Shown: one piece after another, positions 13,801 to 28,350 of the stretch
Numbering within the stretch: position 1 is the stretch's first letter
Layout of the letters: every line of letters begins with the position of its first letter
Source: Takakia lepidozioides
Lineage: Eukaryota > Plantae > Bryophyta
Length of the DNA stretch: 64,000 nucleotides
Assembly: GCA_030704615.1 (NCBI GenBank)
Contig: CM060734.1
Coordinates: 19,654,001 to 19,718,000, forward strand
Direction of reading: 5' to 3'
Notes under the pieces: model-generated
Told to the model about the DNA's origin: nothing
Databases searched by the model: none
What the model saw: only the letters and a program-made list of their open reading frames with translations
Made by a program: the position numbers and the translations under genes

Positions 13801-16199
13801 ACATTGAGCAACGTCCATGTAATACTTGAGGTGGCGTTGCTAAGGCCTGTATGTGTATGTCTAGCCTATATGTGTATGGGCCTGTGAGCCCATTCCTTCC
13901 GGTTGTTGGTCCTACGTGCAATGGATGTATGCATAGACATTTTTTTCACAACTTTGGGGCGATCTGCATGTTTGCCTTTTTACGTACAATCATCTCGACC
14001 TTTGTACCGGCATACTTCTGTGAGTCATTTGTATCTTTCCGACAAGTTTTGGGTTGTCTCTTGTTGTTATACTTTCTTTTGGTCCCTAGGCCCTATGGAA
14101 TTCTTGTGGACGTAATGATGCAAACTTCATCTCATCTCCACATACTCATTTCCCTCCTGCAAACAACCATGTTTGAAAAGGAGCTCAAACTGATCAGAAG
14201 GTTGTGCAGAATTTTATGGTGCAAATGGATATTTGGGTCATTACAATGGACATATGGCATGCCCTTTCTTGTTTGCCTCAACTTTGGTACGCTTATTTCA
14301 GCAACAAATCATGTTACTTTTCTTGCTATTTTCAATGTAAGTCCTTGCACCTCAAGCATGCAATTTTCATTAGAATTCATCTACCTACAACAATTTGAGG
14401 GTAAAACAAGTGGGCCCATCATGGGGCACAAGATATAGGGGCCAATTCGACCCCACGGTGGCAACCTGTAGCCTTGCATGCTTCGGGGCCATTACGCAGC
14501 TCTTTTGGTACCTTGGATTTTAGGCATTTTAACCATTTTTAAAAATAAAGATACCATTGGAAAACTCTTTATGTGCACATCATTTTGTAGTTGGAATAAA
14601 TTATAATAAAGTTCATCCACCTAGGATAATTCGAGTGTAAAGTGATGGATTCGATGGTGTACTATTGTGGTTCACTCCTCTATGGGTAAGCTTATTGGCC
14701 GTATCATGGCGCACCCAGCCGGACATGTTTCAAAAATGGGAATACTTTCTTGCACCATGGGCGTACTTTTGAGCCGCACCACTATGGGGCACATGTGCCA
14801 TAAATGGTGCTTCTACCCTACTGCTCGGCCGGGGCAGCAAGTTGGTTGCCCACACCTCTCCCAAAGAACTTGAAAGTCCCTATATCTCAAACATAGGTGT
14901 CTGGTGGACTCGGCAACCAACCCCTTTTAAAGTTGGGTTAGGTTGCGTTGGCTATAGAGCTCACCCCCAAAATGATGTGGCAATATCTCCAAAAGGATGA
15001 GGCTCCTATTTACAGTAACCTTGGTTTTTGTCATCTCTCTCTCCACGATTTGGCTATAATGGGTAACATCCAATATACACATATGTGGTTTGAGGGTATT
15101 AATCATGTTTGTAAAATCATTCCTTCTTAGACCCTCTCAGTCATAGATCAGCATATGGCAATCAAAGAGAATTTTGAGCAAGGACTGGCAATGGCATTCA
15201 TATCACCCAGGCCTTTCAAGTCCACAACAACATCACTTTCCAGCTTTCCTTCAGAATTCTCCACACCCCTTTTTTTCATGGAGTGTCACAAAGACTTCCA
15301 CTTCATCCAATTTGGCATTTTTCTTGTCTTCTCCCTTAGCCTCTATATCTCTCGATCATTCCATTTGCTTTGCTAGAGCTTCCATTTCTTCCTCTTCTCT
15401 ACATCATGTTCTAGCATTGCACGGTTGGGCAGGTCTCCTGTTTAGGACTTTTTTTCAGGTCCGGGTATGGCATTTTCGAGGGTGGAGCATAACCGGGTAT
15501 ACATAATGCAAAGATTTGAGAATTGGCTCGGGTACAGGTTATCAAACAAGAGCCATTTTATGATTGTGCCGGTTATCAATATCCCGGTTAGTTGAGCTCA
15601 TGGACTGCTGGGTACCACATCTCAGTTCTCAGTAGTTCATTGGAGATTGTCAAATAATATTGTTATGTTTCATTTTTTTCATTTTTTTAACAAAAGAAAC
15701 AGGGGATGGAGGCCCTGAAAATATATTAAAAGGTGACGGGAAAAATAACCGTGAAGAAACAGCCGTAAAGCGTATTAAGGGGATACCACCCCGTGACTAG
15801 CAAACAAGAAGAAGGCCACATCCAAGACAGAGGGAGGGAAGGGCTACGGGATCAGTTGCGAAGCAAGAAGGCAAGATAAGCATCTGCAGAAAGGAGAAAG
15901 GCAGATGAATACTAAGAACAAAGAGAGCTAAGAAGACTTAAGAAGAGAAGAGCGACCAAAAAGAAAGCCCTGCAGAGAACAAGACAATCAATCCTAGGAA
16001 AACGAGCAGATTTGAACATAATGAACACTACGATCTAGAAATCCAAGTGGGCCTTGATGTGATCCGCACGCCCTCTACGGTGACGCCAGTTGACATCCAG
16101 ATCTTCTGGCTCAGGAACCGGGCTGCCAAGTTTCGGGGAGCTGGTCATGTCAGGTGATCCGAGACTCCGAATTATGGGTGCAGAGGATGTTGCTCTTGC

Positions 16200-17700
16200 C
16201 CCAGGTGTTGTCAAAAGCTTTGTACAATTGAGTCATTCTGCGGCCTGAACACCTGCCAGATGCTGCCACAAAGAGATGCCCAAGCCTTCCTCCCCTTAGT
16301 CATCAAATCCGAATAAATGTTAAACAAAATCAGATTGATGTTGGGGCTCCTCCCCTCAAAGATCAATGCACATCTGCACTTCCAAATCTGCCACAAAGTG
16401 TGGGATCTCACGTAGCACCAAACCGAACAAGAGGAGAAAATAGAGGACTGAGAAATATTGAGCAGCAGCTTTGGAGCACTATGTTGATGATTAAAGGGAG
16501 CAGCAAATACATGTGGGGCATCGCAGCAAAGTGCATGCCAACGAGGGTCAGAATAGTGCAAGAAAGACTCCACGGATGGTGGGCAGCCAAGGGAGATGCA
16601 GCGAGACAAGGCACTCATGGCAAGGGAGTTGCCAAGACAAAATAGTTGATTAAGCTACGGAGAAAAAGGAAAGCACAAGATCAACTACGAGGAAAAGTAG
16701 CAATTCAGGCATGGGAGCTGCTGCTAAAACATGAGGAGGAAGACATACGAGGTGAAGCATCAAGGGAACCGGTAGAAGATGAGGAAGATGGAGCACACTT
16801 TCCTGTCAAAGGTTGGCGGTCGAAGAATGCAACCCAGCAATCAGAAAGTGAGGCACTCGAGGCTGGACTGCTGCAAAGAGGTACAAAGACAGGAGCTGAG
16901 AATGAGATGTTGCCTTTCGTTGAAGTTCCCCACACAAGGGCTGTTTGGCAAGCAAAACCCCAGGCAAGGATGAGAGGTGAATCTGGGATAAAACCAGCAG
17001 CTGGAAGTGAGGAAAGACACAAGGAAGGGCAGCAATACCTTGTCAAATCTAAGGGTGATGGCTGAAGAAAATTAAACAAGGACTGGAAGTATGGGAGCAG
17101 CAATCGCATGAAGAAAAATCTGTCTGAGAGGCTGAAGAGTGAAAGGGAGGAAGACAGACACCTCGCTTATGAAAAGTGGAAGGGCAGGGTAGAAAACCTG
17201 ATGCCTGAAACTGATGGGAGCTCGTGGGAGACTCTGCCAAGAAGACTCCAATCAGCTGCTGCCAACAATCGGACTAGTAAAAGATCGCCCTTGGCTAGCG
17301 CAACACCACGAAATAAATGCAGCCCTGATAGCATGGTGAGTGGGGCACCAACAGAGCCAGAAAATGAGGGAGAAGGAGGAGACTTCCCTGCCAAGAAAGT
17401 CAATGACGGGCCTGCAGTGGCATGCAAAGAAAGGGACACCGTAAGTGTTGCCAACAGATGCAAATCAGTGCTCATCCATTCGAAAGCACCACGGGAGATG
17501 AAGGAAAAGACACCTGCAGGGACGTTGAAGCATAAAAGAGGAGAGCACTTCACTTGGGAAGAAAGTGAAGCATTGGATAACGAGACTGATGACTGGCAGT
17601 CTGAAAAGGAAAGGCGGTTGTGGAAAACCCTGCCAAGACAACCATATGGAGAGAATCAAGCAGGTGGGAACTGCCCTTCATTGGGGTGGTGCAAACAAGA
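16200..17700 (-). mobile_element. Degenerate L1-type LINE ORF2 remnant (C-terminal zf-RVT region)
   Basis: ORF 16211-16618 has VWCYVRSHTLWQIWKCRCALIFEG, matching the plant L1 ORF2 C-terminal W-x-IWK-x-R-x3-F motif. The upstream part is frameshifted and only weakly recognisable, so its extent is approximate. Confidence 0.55.
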
Positions 17701-18606
17701 GCAAGACCAGAAGCTGAACCACATGAGAAGATAGTGTGTCATCACGGATGGAGACCCTGGAAAATGCTCTGCCCAGGAGATGAAGAACATTAGGCAACTA
17801 GAAACGTGGGGGGCTGAATATGCTCTGCAGTCAACTTGGCTTGTTGAATGCTTGCATAAGAGATGAGGGGTTGTTGTCAGTACACGACATTGAGTTCATC
17901 AAATCCTACAACAGCCCACATCGCTACCCACTGCTTACAAACTGCCACAAAAACAGTTTCACAGGACTTACAGATGATTGGTGGAAGGCAAGGCCCCTCG
18001 TCATGGGCCAGATTAATTGTATATTGCAGCCCAGAACAACGACGGTAGGGCAGCAAACCCCATCTTGGCAGCGTCTTTTGTGTGAGAAAAGTCAAGCTGA
18101 ACCTGCTCATCATATCGAGTGGGATGGACCAGATGTAAAGCTGCCAAGCCAACCACACTCATATTCACACTCAAGCAACATAAGCTGGAGCCATTTTCAG
18201 ATTATGAGTACCCGTGTTTTAAGAATACTCCTTCTTCAACTTACGGTGAACGGGCAGAAAATTTCACAATGTGCAGCAGATTAATGGACCAAGATGTGGA
18301 GCTGAATTGGGTATCCAGTTGGGCAATGCTGGTTTCAAAACCCCATTCCATCCCTGCGTTTCAAAGATCTGGCTTGAATGGGCACACTCCGGCAGTGGAA
18401 GGCTCATGGAGTAATGAGTTTGGGCTGATATGCATGTTGACATGCCATGCCGGTGCAAAGAATAGCGTTCTGAGTGGTGATTGTGATCTCAAAATCTGCC
18501 CCTGCATTCAAGCTGATTTCTCTCTTGAGCAGAGCCGCCTTGTGGATGTTCCAGCCAATGTCCAAAAACAACTCAAGTGCAAGACAACAACATCAGCAAG
18601 GCATGG

Positions 18607-19480
18607 TTAGCTAAGCAAGGTCATGGTGGAGAGGCATTTAAACTCTCTGAATGTAATGTGGTCGGACTTCACCCCCTCCCACATCAACTGCTCATAGGTC
18701 TCCAAAACCTGCAATCCCCGCCCTTGTTGTGCATGTCTTGCGATCATCACTTTCCACGACACCACATTTTGCTCAGCCATATTGTTGAACACTCCCTATT
18801 CAGAAGGGTATTCATGTTCAGAATGACATCTACCACAATTCCATCTTTGACGATGCAACCATGGACCTCTTTGCCCTTCTCCAACAGGCTCGTACATGCA
18901 CTACAAACACAAACAAACGTAATGTGCTCGGCTTCACCCCCTAGACCCACATCATTTGCTCATAGGTCTCCAAAACCCGCAATCCCCGCCCATGTTGTGC
19001 ATGTCCTGCGATCATCACGTTCCACCACACCACATTTCACTCAACCATATTGTTGAACACTCCTTGTCCACAAGGGGAATGCTCCCACGTTTGGCATACA
19101 TGTCGACGAGGTATTGTTACATCTGGTACAGTTCCAACTTTGACGATGTCACGATGGACCTCTTTGCCCTTTACCAAGTCTCCAAGGCTGCCAGGTTTGC
19201 ATATGCATTGCAAACACAAATGAACGTGACATAGTCAGGCTGCACCCCTTCTCGCAACATTTGCTCATATGTCTCCAATGCCCTCATCCCGCACACATGC
19301 TAGCCATATCTTGCAAGATTCAACGTGTTCCTTGAGACAACATCTTGTTCAGCCATGTTATCAAACTCTCCTTTCGCAACTTCATAGGTCTCCAAAGCCT
19401 CCATCCCACGTCCCTGCTGTGCATACCCTGCAAGCATCGCACTCCACGACACTACATCTCGGCAAAACAGGCTGAAATAG
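18607..19480 (-). pseudogene. PLS-class pentatricopeptide repeat (PPR) pseudogene fragment
   Basis: Broken frames give RDVVSWSAMLAGYAQQGRGMEALETYE, FNNMAEQNVVSWKVMIARHAQQGRG...EGVKSDHITF, LEKGKEVHGCIVKDG and LVKGKEVHRDIVKVG, which are P/L/S motif consensus. Multiple frameshifts. Confidence 0.88.
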
Positions 19481-20263
19481 CTCAAAGAAGACGCTGCCCT
19501 CACCACATTGTCCTCTACCTTGTGTCATGACCCATTGCGGATTAGACTGACCATGAACCCAAGAAGACCTCTTGTGCGTGCTGCTTGTATCTGTAGTCAG
19601 GTAATGTGGGATTGGTTTGTAAGAACCACCACGGTGCAGCTGAGCGGGCAGAGATTAAAATATGGGCTGCTAAGACCAAGCTGATTCCCCCAAGAACCTT
19701 GTGATCATCAGGAAGAATACCAAATCATGGTACAAAGGGGAGCCAAGAACCCATATTTGCACATAATACGCCCTTGACGCCATAAACGCTTGCAACAACA
19801 GGACATGGGCCTCGATTTGGTTTTCATCCTTCTCGCATCACTTGCTCGTCTCTCTCTCAAGCCTCCATCCCTCTCCCAACATTTAGACAAATTCAGGCAA
19901 AGGACAAAGTTACTCTTCCACCCTTAGATCATTTTACATCCGACGATTAGAACAATCTCTACGAGCCACACAAGCCCTAAAATACATTAAAATATTTCAC
20001 GTCATGAGCCATGTGGAGCACTTATTAAAATTACATTTTTAAATAGGGTGTGCAATGAATGCCTAGTTGTAAGAGTCGTTCTCTAGTGCTTAAAACCACT
20101 TGTAATTGTTGTTTTTTTTAAAAAAAAATTACGTAATTGAATTAAATCGCCGCGAATATTGCGTCGACTGCGGAGTCGTTGATGCAACTTCTATCCGCCA
20201 TTAGAAATGCGAATTTATCCGTTACGACTGTGCAGTAGTAACAAACATCTCGAAGTTATTCCC

Positions 20264-21090
20264 TCACTGGTTTTGGACATGCAGTCGATTCGGAAAGACA
20301 CGAATGCTTCTAGTGTCTTCCCCCCTGTGGGCTTTCGGTGCTCTGACCTTCTCGGGAATCCTGCGTGGCACACAGTGTTTGCCCACCATGTCTGGAAGCT
20401 TAAACTTTAAAACCTGCATCAATCTCTTGCGAGCAAACTTAGTGTACTCCCGGAGCTCCTTGTCCGTATAGGTGAGGGGTGTGCCAATGACATTGGAACA
20501 GTGTAAGTATTTCCTGGCTTCATGTTCCTTATAAAAAAGATCGTCAAGGCCCAAGTTTTCCTTGGCCAAATTGTCCAAAGCAAAATTGAACCAAGAATGA
20601 AGTTGAGGATCCTTCTGCAACATGATCCTCACATCATACAAATACCTATGGGGTGGAACAGAAGGTAAGACCCAATGATCCCCAGTAGAATAACTCTAAA
20701 ATCTCGTCTGCATCTTCTGCTGCTCAATGTGATACTGTGCAATGAAACAATCAGCATAGTATAGACCACAACCCATGACCAGACTAGGTACCTCCTTGGT
20801 CTTGGTGTAAATGTACCCATGAATAATCTGGAAGGAAATTAATTCCTTCAGCATGGTGCCTGCCTCAGACCAGTACCTTGCAAAATGGTGATCTTCAATG
20901 GGTCGGTTATTTGGAAGAACCTTAGTCCGAGTCGCCACTGGCAACCAAATGCGCATGATCTAGTAATAGTGTGCCAAAGATTGTGGAGGACTGGATTCCT
21001 TCCAAGCCAAATCCATCACAATGGGAATTTGGTTGAAGGGCATAATCATAGCCCGATTGTACTCAAGTGCAGCAGGAGTCTTAGGTCAGG
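20264..21090 (-). pseudogene. Disrupted ORF of unknown function (probably TE-associated)
   Basis: ORFs 20696-20956 and 20264-20641 are in the same frame. Protein-like sequence also continues upstream through isolated TAG stops, about 275 codons in total. No family recognised. Confidence 0.4.
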
Positions 21091-24000
21091 GATGCCTCGG
21101 CGTGAGCCTGGTCACGTGAGCGCAACTGCGCTCACGCCACGTCACCTTGCGCCAATGCCACATCACGAGGCTCACTCCACGTCATCACACTTGAAGGCCG
21201 CGTCACCACGCGCCCAGGAAGAAGTGGAGTGTATTCCCATCTGTTGCTTTCACGTGGGAATGACCACTGCCTTTTATTATGTCGTCCAGCTTGTTTTCGC
21301 GGTAAAGGGTGCCAATCCATAGGCTGAATCATTGGTAACTGATAAAATCAAGGCAGCGTGGCACGAGGATCCATAGAGCATCCTTTCCAGGCATGAGTGG
21401 TTCCAAAGGAGGGGCCAGATACAAGTGTTTGACCCAAGGTCCGAGACACCTCATGTTTCATTAAATGTAAAAAATGAAAAAATGCAGACAGATTTATAGG
21501 GATAATGTAACTCCTTATGATGTACTACGATATATGTACTCAATAGTTTGAACATCAAGGAAATAGGGACGGTGGGGGCGACCAATAGAGAGGTGGAAAT
21601 ATGTGCAGTAGAGCAACAGATGGAGACGTGTATCCACTTCAAGTATGAAACTCTGAACATATTAAAATTTTACTAGAACCAGACACCTATACCTACACCT
21701 AGAGTGGATCACAATAGCACCCGGGGACCTTGAAATTCTACAGGTTCGGGTCCAGGTCTGGGTCTGAGCCTACATCGACAGCCCCACCGGTTCTAGCTGA
21801 GCTCGAGTAATGAAGCTCACGTGGCCCCCGCCGGGCCGAGCCCACCTTGGGTCCCACCTATATCCTTGTGTTGTGCGCCGGGTCTATATACTTTGATACC
21901 GACCTGAAAAAGAACCCACAGGGTACAGCGGTCCAAATTGGGACCCGCCCAAGACTGGTCACAACTGCTGCATATTCCTCAGTTACTCAATTAATAATAA
22001 GAATTGAATTAATGAAACGATATTGCTTGTGTATGAGACACAACCTCGCTAATGAAATGTTAAGCCTTGGGCTTGTATTTGAGCCAAAAAGCAATGCGCA
22101 CCACCGTGTGAACGAACATGATTTTTTATGAGTAAGTGAAGTGGATACTGGTCAAGAAAATTGTAAGTGTTGCACAAACCAATCATCAGTTGGGATGCTT
22201 TCATCCATGGTAAACTCATGGAAACCAAAATTTCGTCATAATCTAATATTTGTATTGCCTAATGTGCGGAAAGACAAAAACTTGAAAATGTTGGCCGGCA
22301 TAACTAGGAGCTAATGTGCAAAGTGGTGTTGCATGCCAACACACTAGAAAGTCTCCACCTCAAAGGTGTGTGCCATTGAAGCCACCAAACTGCCCAATGT
22401 GATTTGGCACAAACCCAAAGGATAGGGGTTGGTATCACATGAGCGTATATGCAAGCATGCATGTTGACGCAACCAGAAGAACTGGGTTGTGTGAGCCAAC
22501 TCAAGGGCATGTGGTTGTGAACCTTGATGTTCAGGTCCACTGCGACTGCCATATTCCGAATTCCGTATTAACCACCACGGACACGAAACCAGGAACTTCG
22601 CACAAAATCTCCAAAACTCTTTTCAAGGTAGCTATAGTTTTATAGCCATCAAAAGTCTTATTGTGTGGGAAATTAATTGAGTTCACAATAGAGTATCATA
22701 GGTGAAACTATTTCTTGTGATTTTTTTATGGATGAGATTTCAAAATTATTTGAATCTATGTAAGAGTTTCAATGATGAAACTAGTCTTTTTTGTATTTTA
22801 ATTGATGAAACTTAAATCTCATGCAATCAACTTATGCTCACGTGACCTCAGATTTTTATAGTTTCACAATATTTTTGCATGAACACACTTTTGTTACAAC
22901 ATTTTCATTAGGAATTTGAAAAATACATAGAAAAGAGAGAGAAAAGGAGAAAAAGATAGGATTTTGACCAAAAGTGGGCATAACTAAAAGCTACTTTATT
23001 ACGGCTACTACCCCTTTTCGGTGGTGGACCCTGTAATAAAATACAAGCTGTAAAGGGTGCTAGTTGGTAATGGTTTTTTGCTTCTGTTTATGTTTTTTTT
23101 TGTTTTTCTCCCAGAACAGGGGACAAATGACTTTTTTTTAAATTCAGGGGCTAAGGCCTTGAGAACGTTTTCTTTTGTTAGTAATGATAGCCATAAGGGA
23201 TCGTAGCAGTGTGAAATGGATATTATTTAAGCAAACGTAATCGAGGGGTTGAAGTTGTTATGTAGTGTGTCTTAAATTGTTAATTTATATGCTGCCCCAA
23301 GTGCCTGATGTAATAACTGTAAGTGGGTTAATGCGCCAGCCATAGCGTCGTATTGTTGGGGCAAATTTTCACGCTTCCAGATGATGGCCGATTAATGTTC
23401 TAGGTAGCAATCGTGACATAAAGGGAATTGTATAACGTGTGTGGTGAAATTGTTGGTGGGTGTGGTGTGGTGGGTAGGGCAGCTGTTATTGTTAGTCTTG
23501 TGACTACAAAGAGTTCAAGAAGCATACTCTAACCAAAGTCGGCGTAATGAAGAGTCACTTCATCTTGTGGCTATTGGCCTCTTTCGGGGGCGACGGCCAG
23601 TAGAATTTGTCATTTTGCTCACACGAGCATGCTCACACGCTACCCAACCTCCAGAGGACGAAGACTTTCTACAACCTAAAGACTGATGAATCATATAGGA
23701 TATCTCATCAAACAGACATGATTGTGTCAATCTGTCCTTAATAGGGCGCAACAACAAGGTAAAGTGGCTCTTAGTTACGATGGTTCTAACCAGCGTCTTC
23801 TCTTCTCTTTCTTTCTGTTAATCCACCATCTCTCAACGGCAATAGGGTGGAAAATCAATGGCTCTATATTGCTTTCACTCTTTGACCATTGACGGGGCCA
23901 TTGAAGATCATAAAGTCGTAGCTCTAGAAGACACTAGAAAATAAGTAAAAAAATGTGGAGTGGGCCCTTAAGCACTCTAAATTCAGTTGGATGATTTCCT

Positions 24001-25019
24001 GAGAATCAGATGTCGGGGCAACCGATTCCGCCCAAGGAACAAGCTCCATGCCCGACGTGGGGATAGTGACCTCCGGGCCCTTGCCTAGAATGGAGGGGGC
24101 AGGGATAGAGGAGGAAGAGCGGGTCGTCCAGCTGCCCCTGCCTCTTGCGCTACCACCTGATCCTGATCGCTTTCTGCGGGAGGGAACACCTCTAGATGCC
24201 ATGATCAGGAGAAGAGGAGGTTAGCAAACACCAAGCGCCGGGCTCTCAGCACCAATTACCAAAGCTTTGCACGGCCTAAGAAGGAGCAGAGAGGGGGTGA
24301 GGAGCGAATTCACCTTGAAATAGCTGTTACAACACAACTTGCAACCTTGAGTCATGTCCAATGTACATTTTAATTTATTATCATGCACGCAAGTGACATG
24401 TTTTGGTTTTTGATAATTGTGATAATATGGAACTTAGGGCAAAAACAAGTTGTGTTTGGAGGGAACAAAAAGCAATGCCATGATCATTAGTACAAAAATG
24501 AAGGCCTTCTAATATCTTCTTTACTAGTGTTCATTGAACTTAATTCGTAAATGTACCCTCACCCTTTTATTTAAACGCTCTATGTGGCCTCAGATCTTCA
24601 CCGAATCCAACCATACAAACGGCGTCATTAGATGTCGAATAGCGTGTGAGTAAACTCACGCAGCTACTATGAGCTAGCTCATATGAGTAAAAAATGGATA
24701 TTCCATATCTATTCTAGGAATATCCAACAGACATGCTATATTGAAACAAAAATGTGCTCATTCGCATGACTGTTGAAATTTGTATTCCCATGAACACAAT
24801 ACTAGATGGACTTTTTGGCATGAGGTATTCATCCGAAACAAACTCATTTTGTTTTGTTTTTGTTTTCACCAACAAAACCCGAGTCAATAACTTCTTGAAA
24901 ATAGATGTGATATATATATATATTTGAGTGATTATTACCTCCTTGGCAATGATATATAGTATAGAATTAAAATTTAATTATTGAATATTTTCTTTTTATT
25001 GTATGTCTTGTATTATGGC

Positions 25020-25430
25020 CTAGGATTCTACCTACTTCAATATTTCTCGTTAATGGATGGAGATTCAGTTACGGTTATGAAGAAGCTGACAAACTATAGA
25101 TTGACTAAGCTTTCTTTAGATTATGATGTCTTATAGTTAACAATGACGTCGTCATTAGGATTATAATTGAGGCCAAGCTGGTGGTAAAATGTGTGAAAGA
25201 CCTCGTTTGTAATCTGGGGCTCATGAGCTTATCGCTTCCTTGGTTAGTAGTTAGTACCTATTAGGAAATTAAAGCTGGGGTTTCAAGGGCTCTCAGAGTT
25301 TTCTGATTCAGATTATATACGGATTAACTGAGGTGTAGTGGTGGATATACTAGTATTTGTGTGGATGTATTGGCCACTCCCCTGATGTGAGATTTTGGTC
25401 ATCCCTAGCAAAACATGCTCTATTGTTATT
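25020..25430. repeat. Local dispersed repeat, copy 1 (copy 2 at about 28782-29110 plus 30195-30290, split by the hAT element)
   Basis: GATTCTACCTAC.TYAATATTYCTCRTTAATGGA..., TAATCTGGGG...ATGARCTTATC and GAGATTTTGG blocks recur in the same order. Confidence 0.6.
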
Positions 25431-27589
25431 TCTTCTAAGATCAGCTAACCCTATGATGAATGGAATATCCCTCGGGGTCTTCCGACCTATTAGTGGAGTC
25501 TAAAACGAGCATGAATATGTCGTCTTCTTGGATTAAACAAGTTTATTGTTTTTTTCTTCGTACAACTGATCTGCGGATCTACTATGGGTACGGTTTGTGT
25601 GTTAGTAGAAGTGGATCTAACAAAAATGGCGGCCCCATGAAGAGTAGTGCATGTTTAGACTCGTACAAGCTGCTCAAGTGCATCAGATTGTTCTATCTAA
25701 TGCAAATGGAGCTGAGAATTTGTCTTTATCATCTAGAAAATTTAAAGAACAATTGGAAGGACTTGAGATGGTGGAGATCACATTTGAAGCTGCCTTTGTG
25801 TATGAGTTTGTTGTCGACACTTGTCAAAATCAGCTGTCACAGTCTATTCTCGACTTGGGTTTTCGTCTCCCAACATCTAGTGCAGGGATGACGGGGAGTT
25901 AAGACAAAAGTGGGCTCAGCCTTGTGAATTGTGCTGTTGAAGCGGTGATGGCTAACAGTTAAGGAAGATATGAAACTTGTCTTGTAGATAGTTGGATACA
26001 GGCGGAGACGACAGATAATAATGGTAGAGATGAGGATTAGAGAGGTATATGGTCATGGCACTAAAGCGGTGGGAGGACTTCGAGATCTTTGAAAGGATAA
26101 GCTCGGCGCTGCGGATGTGGTGGGGATGAATGCAGGCTGGTTGTGAAGCTGGCCGGGTAATTCTTAAACAATGCTGGCAAGGTTGGTAGGGTTGGATTGT
26201 TTCTAGGACTCAGAACAAAGGATAAAAAGGCCAGACTTAGAAATGTGACAATGAAAAGAAGAGAAAAATGAGGGATCTGAATACAACGTAATTACTAAAG
26301 GTGTTCAATCCACTAAATCGTGCAGACTGAAAGTTGTAAGACATTGGTATTATGAGGGTGGAATGGATTTGAGAGAGAGGATGGCTTGCCTAGTTTGTTA
26401 AGTTTGATTTGTTCATAGGCTGTGTTCCTGTAAGCATGAGATAGCATAGACAGCAATCGAATGATCTTAGCAGATGATAGGGGCATCTAAAGCATATAGG
26501 GTTTATTTGAATCCAAGAGTAGTGAGAGGCATGACCTTCTTTTCTGTAATAGTTGATGACCAGCTCTCTGACTTCATAAGGCTGCAATAATTAGATGTCA
26601 TTCTGTCTCAGTTACGATTGACAAAGGTCTCAGTCACATGGGAATGATAGCTCGAGAGTAAGGGTTATGATTCCCATTTTGACAGGGTGAATGTTTGCCA
26701 ACGTTTCATGCCAAACTCCAATGATGAATCCTGCACCATGGAACCAACCGGAACTGTGATATGTCAACGGGTGCCAGTTAGAGTTCCTTGCATAGAGTGA
26801 CAGCAACATGAACAGGAAAAAATATGGGTGCATGAGTGGGAACCCTACATTGTGACCAGTGAGTCATTTGGGACTTGAGAGAAAAATTCAGAGATGTTAT
26901 TATAGTCATGTCTGAAGATAATTGAGTGATCATATGAAAAACATGGCATTGTGGGAAGATCATGATTGCAGAAGGAATACCATAAACATCAGTAAATGGA
27001 AGCCTCATGCTGCTTAGAACTGACCTAAGACTGTGTGGTCCTTGTTGATTGATCCACTCCTAACGTATGCAATCACAGAGTCATTGAGGATTATTCATTT
27101 GATGGAATTATCATGGTCATTTAGTCTTACACTTTCCTTCCGCTACAATGTGGGTAATAAGAAATGATATCTCTGTTCAAGACTAACTCAATGTCACTCA
27201 AAGGGATGCCCCCTTTTTTTTCACACTACACTGCGTTCAAAGTGAATTTGCAAAATCCCCAAATTGTTGACCATGGCTTAGCGGAATATCTTAGAGTAGA
27301 TTTCATATATCCTCAATTGAAGTAAAAGATGGGATATAAAAAATATGAAAACATAAGATACAATAAAAATTATCACACAACTTTTAGATGGAGTAAACAG
27401 TGGAGCCAAAGTAAACTGCCAAGTAATTTACTCAACTTGAATGCTAATGGTATTGACATTAAAAAACGACTACATCCATCTTTGATTCAAACTTGCTTCA
27501 GTTTTTATTTGAGCATAATAGAACATTCTAGCTCACAATCCAATTCACTCCACCATAGTGTTTTGTGATGCTAAACATAGAAAAACAAG

Positions 27590-28350
27590 ACTACAAATTA
27601 CCTCTGTATTTCAAGCCCATTACCACTGGGCTAAATGTTGGTTGTATGATGAGGGGATACAATTTGTCTTTGATGTTATTATACTACAGATGGATGTTGA
27701 TCTATTCAGATTCTAATTGACCATGGTACTGAGTTTTGTCATCAGCTTCTAGAGCTAGTGTGTTTCAATATGCGTACAAAACATTGTCTCACATCATCCT
27801 ATAATCCACATTGTATTAGTGGGCTCACCGAGCGGTTCAACAAGACAATGCACAACTTTTAGAAAAGAATAAATCATTGTTGAAAGAATGGAATGTTGCA
27901 TTGCTCGTCTTGATTTTGCTTACCTTACCTCTGTGCATGCAAGTACTACAGTACTATCTCTTTTTGAACTATTGTATGGTGGTAAAGCTGGGTCTCCCAT
28001 GGATGCAAATTCAATGCAAATAAAGGCTCAATTTCCATCATAGTGGGATCAGTTCCTCTAGAAGTTGACAATAAAAAAACAATGTTTACATTGATGGGGT
28101 CAAATTTTAAATAACGCCATCCCAGAGGTGGTGCAGAATAGGAATCACAATCGTAGGGTTGTATATTTAAAAAGCTTCTATGTGGGGCAATTAGTGTGTG
28201 TGAGGTTGTAGCTTGACAAACAAGTGACGGATTGATGGTCCATACTTAATTGAGGACATCCTTCCCGCACACAATATAAGCTCTTGTTTCAACATGAGAC
28301 TATTCCAAAACTGCCTGGCATGATACATGTCTCTCAGCTGGTTCCTTGTA
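27590..28350 (+). mobile_element. Highly degenerate Ty3/gypsy integrase remnant
   Basis: Broken frames read ILIDHGTEF...SSYNPH...GLTERFNKT...EWN...FELLYGG, the integrase catalytic core pattern. Confidence 0.6.

Noticed and set aside
13851-14438. 195-aa hydrophobic ORF
   Set aside because: Composition reflects T-rich non-coding DNA; no family motif or splice structure.
14437-14470. GGGGCCAATTCGACCCC palindrome as a second piggyBac end
   Set aside because: No TTAA-bounded terminus or partner TIR found.
16646-17734. Plus-strand ORFs of 139 and 208 aa
   Set aside because: No recognisable domain; they are likely antisense shadows of the LINE remnant.
21720-21957. hAT-like right end CCGCCCAAGACTG
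   Set aside because: No left TIR or TSD, so the element could not be delimited.
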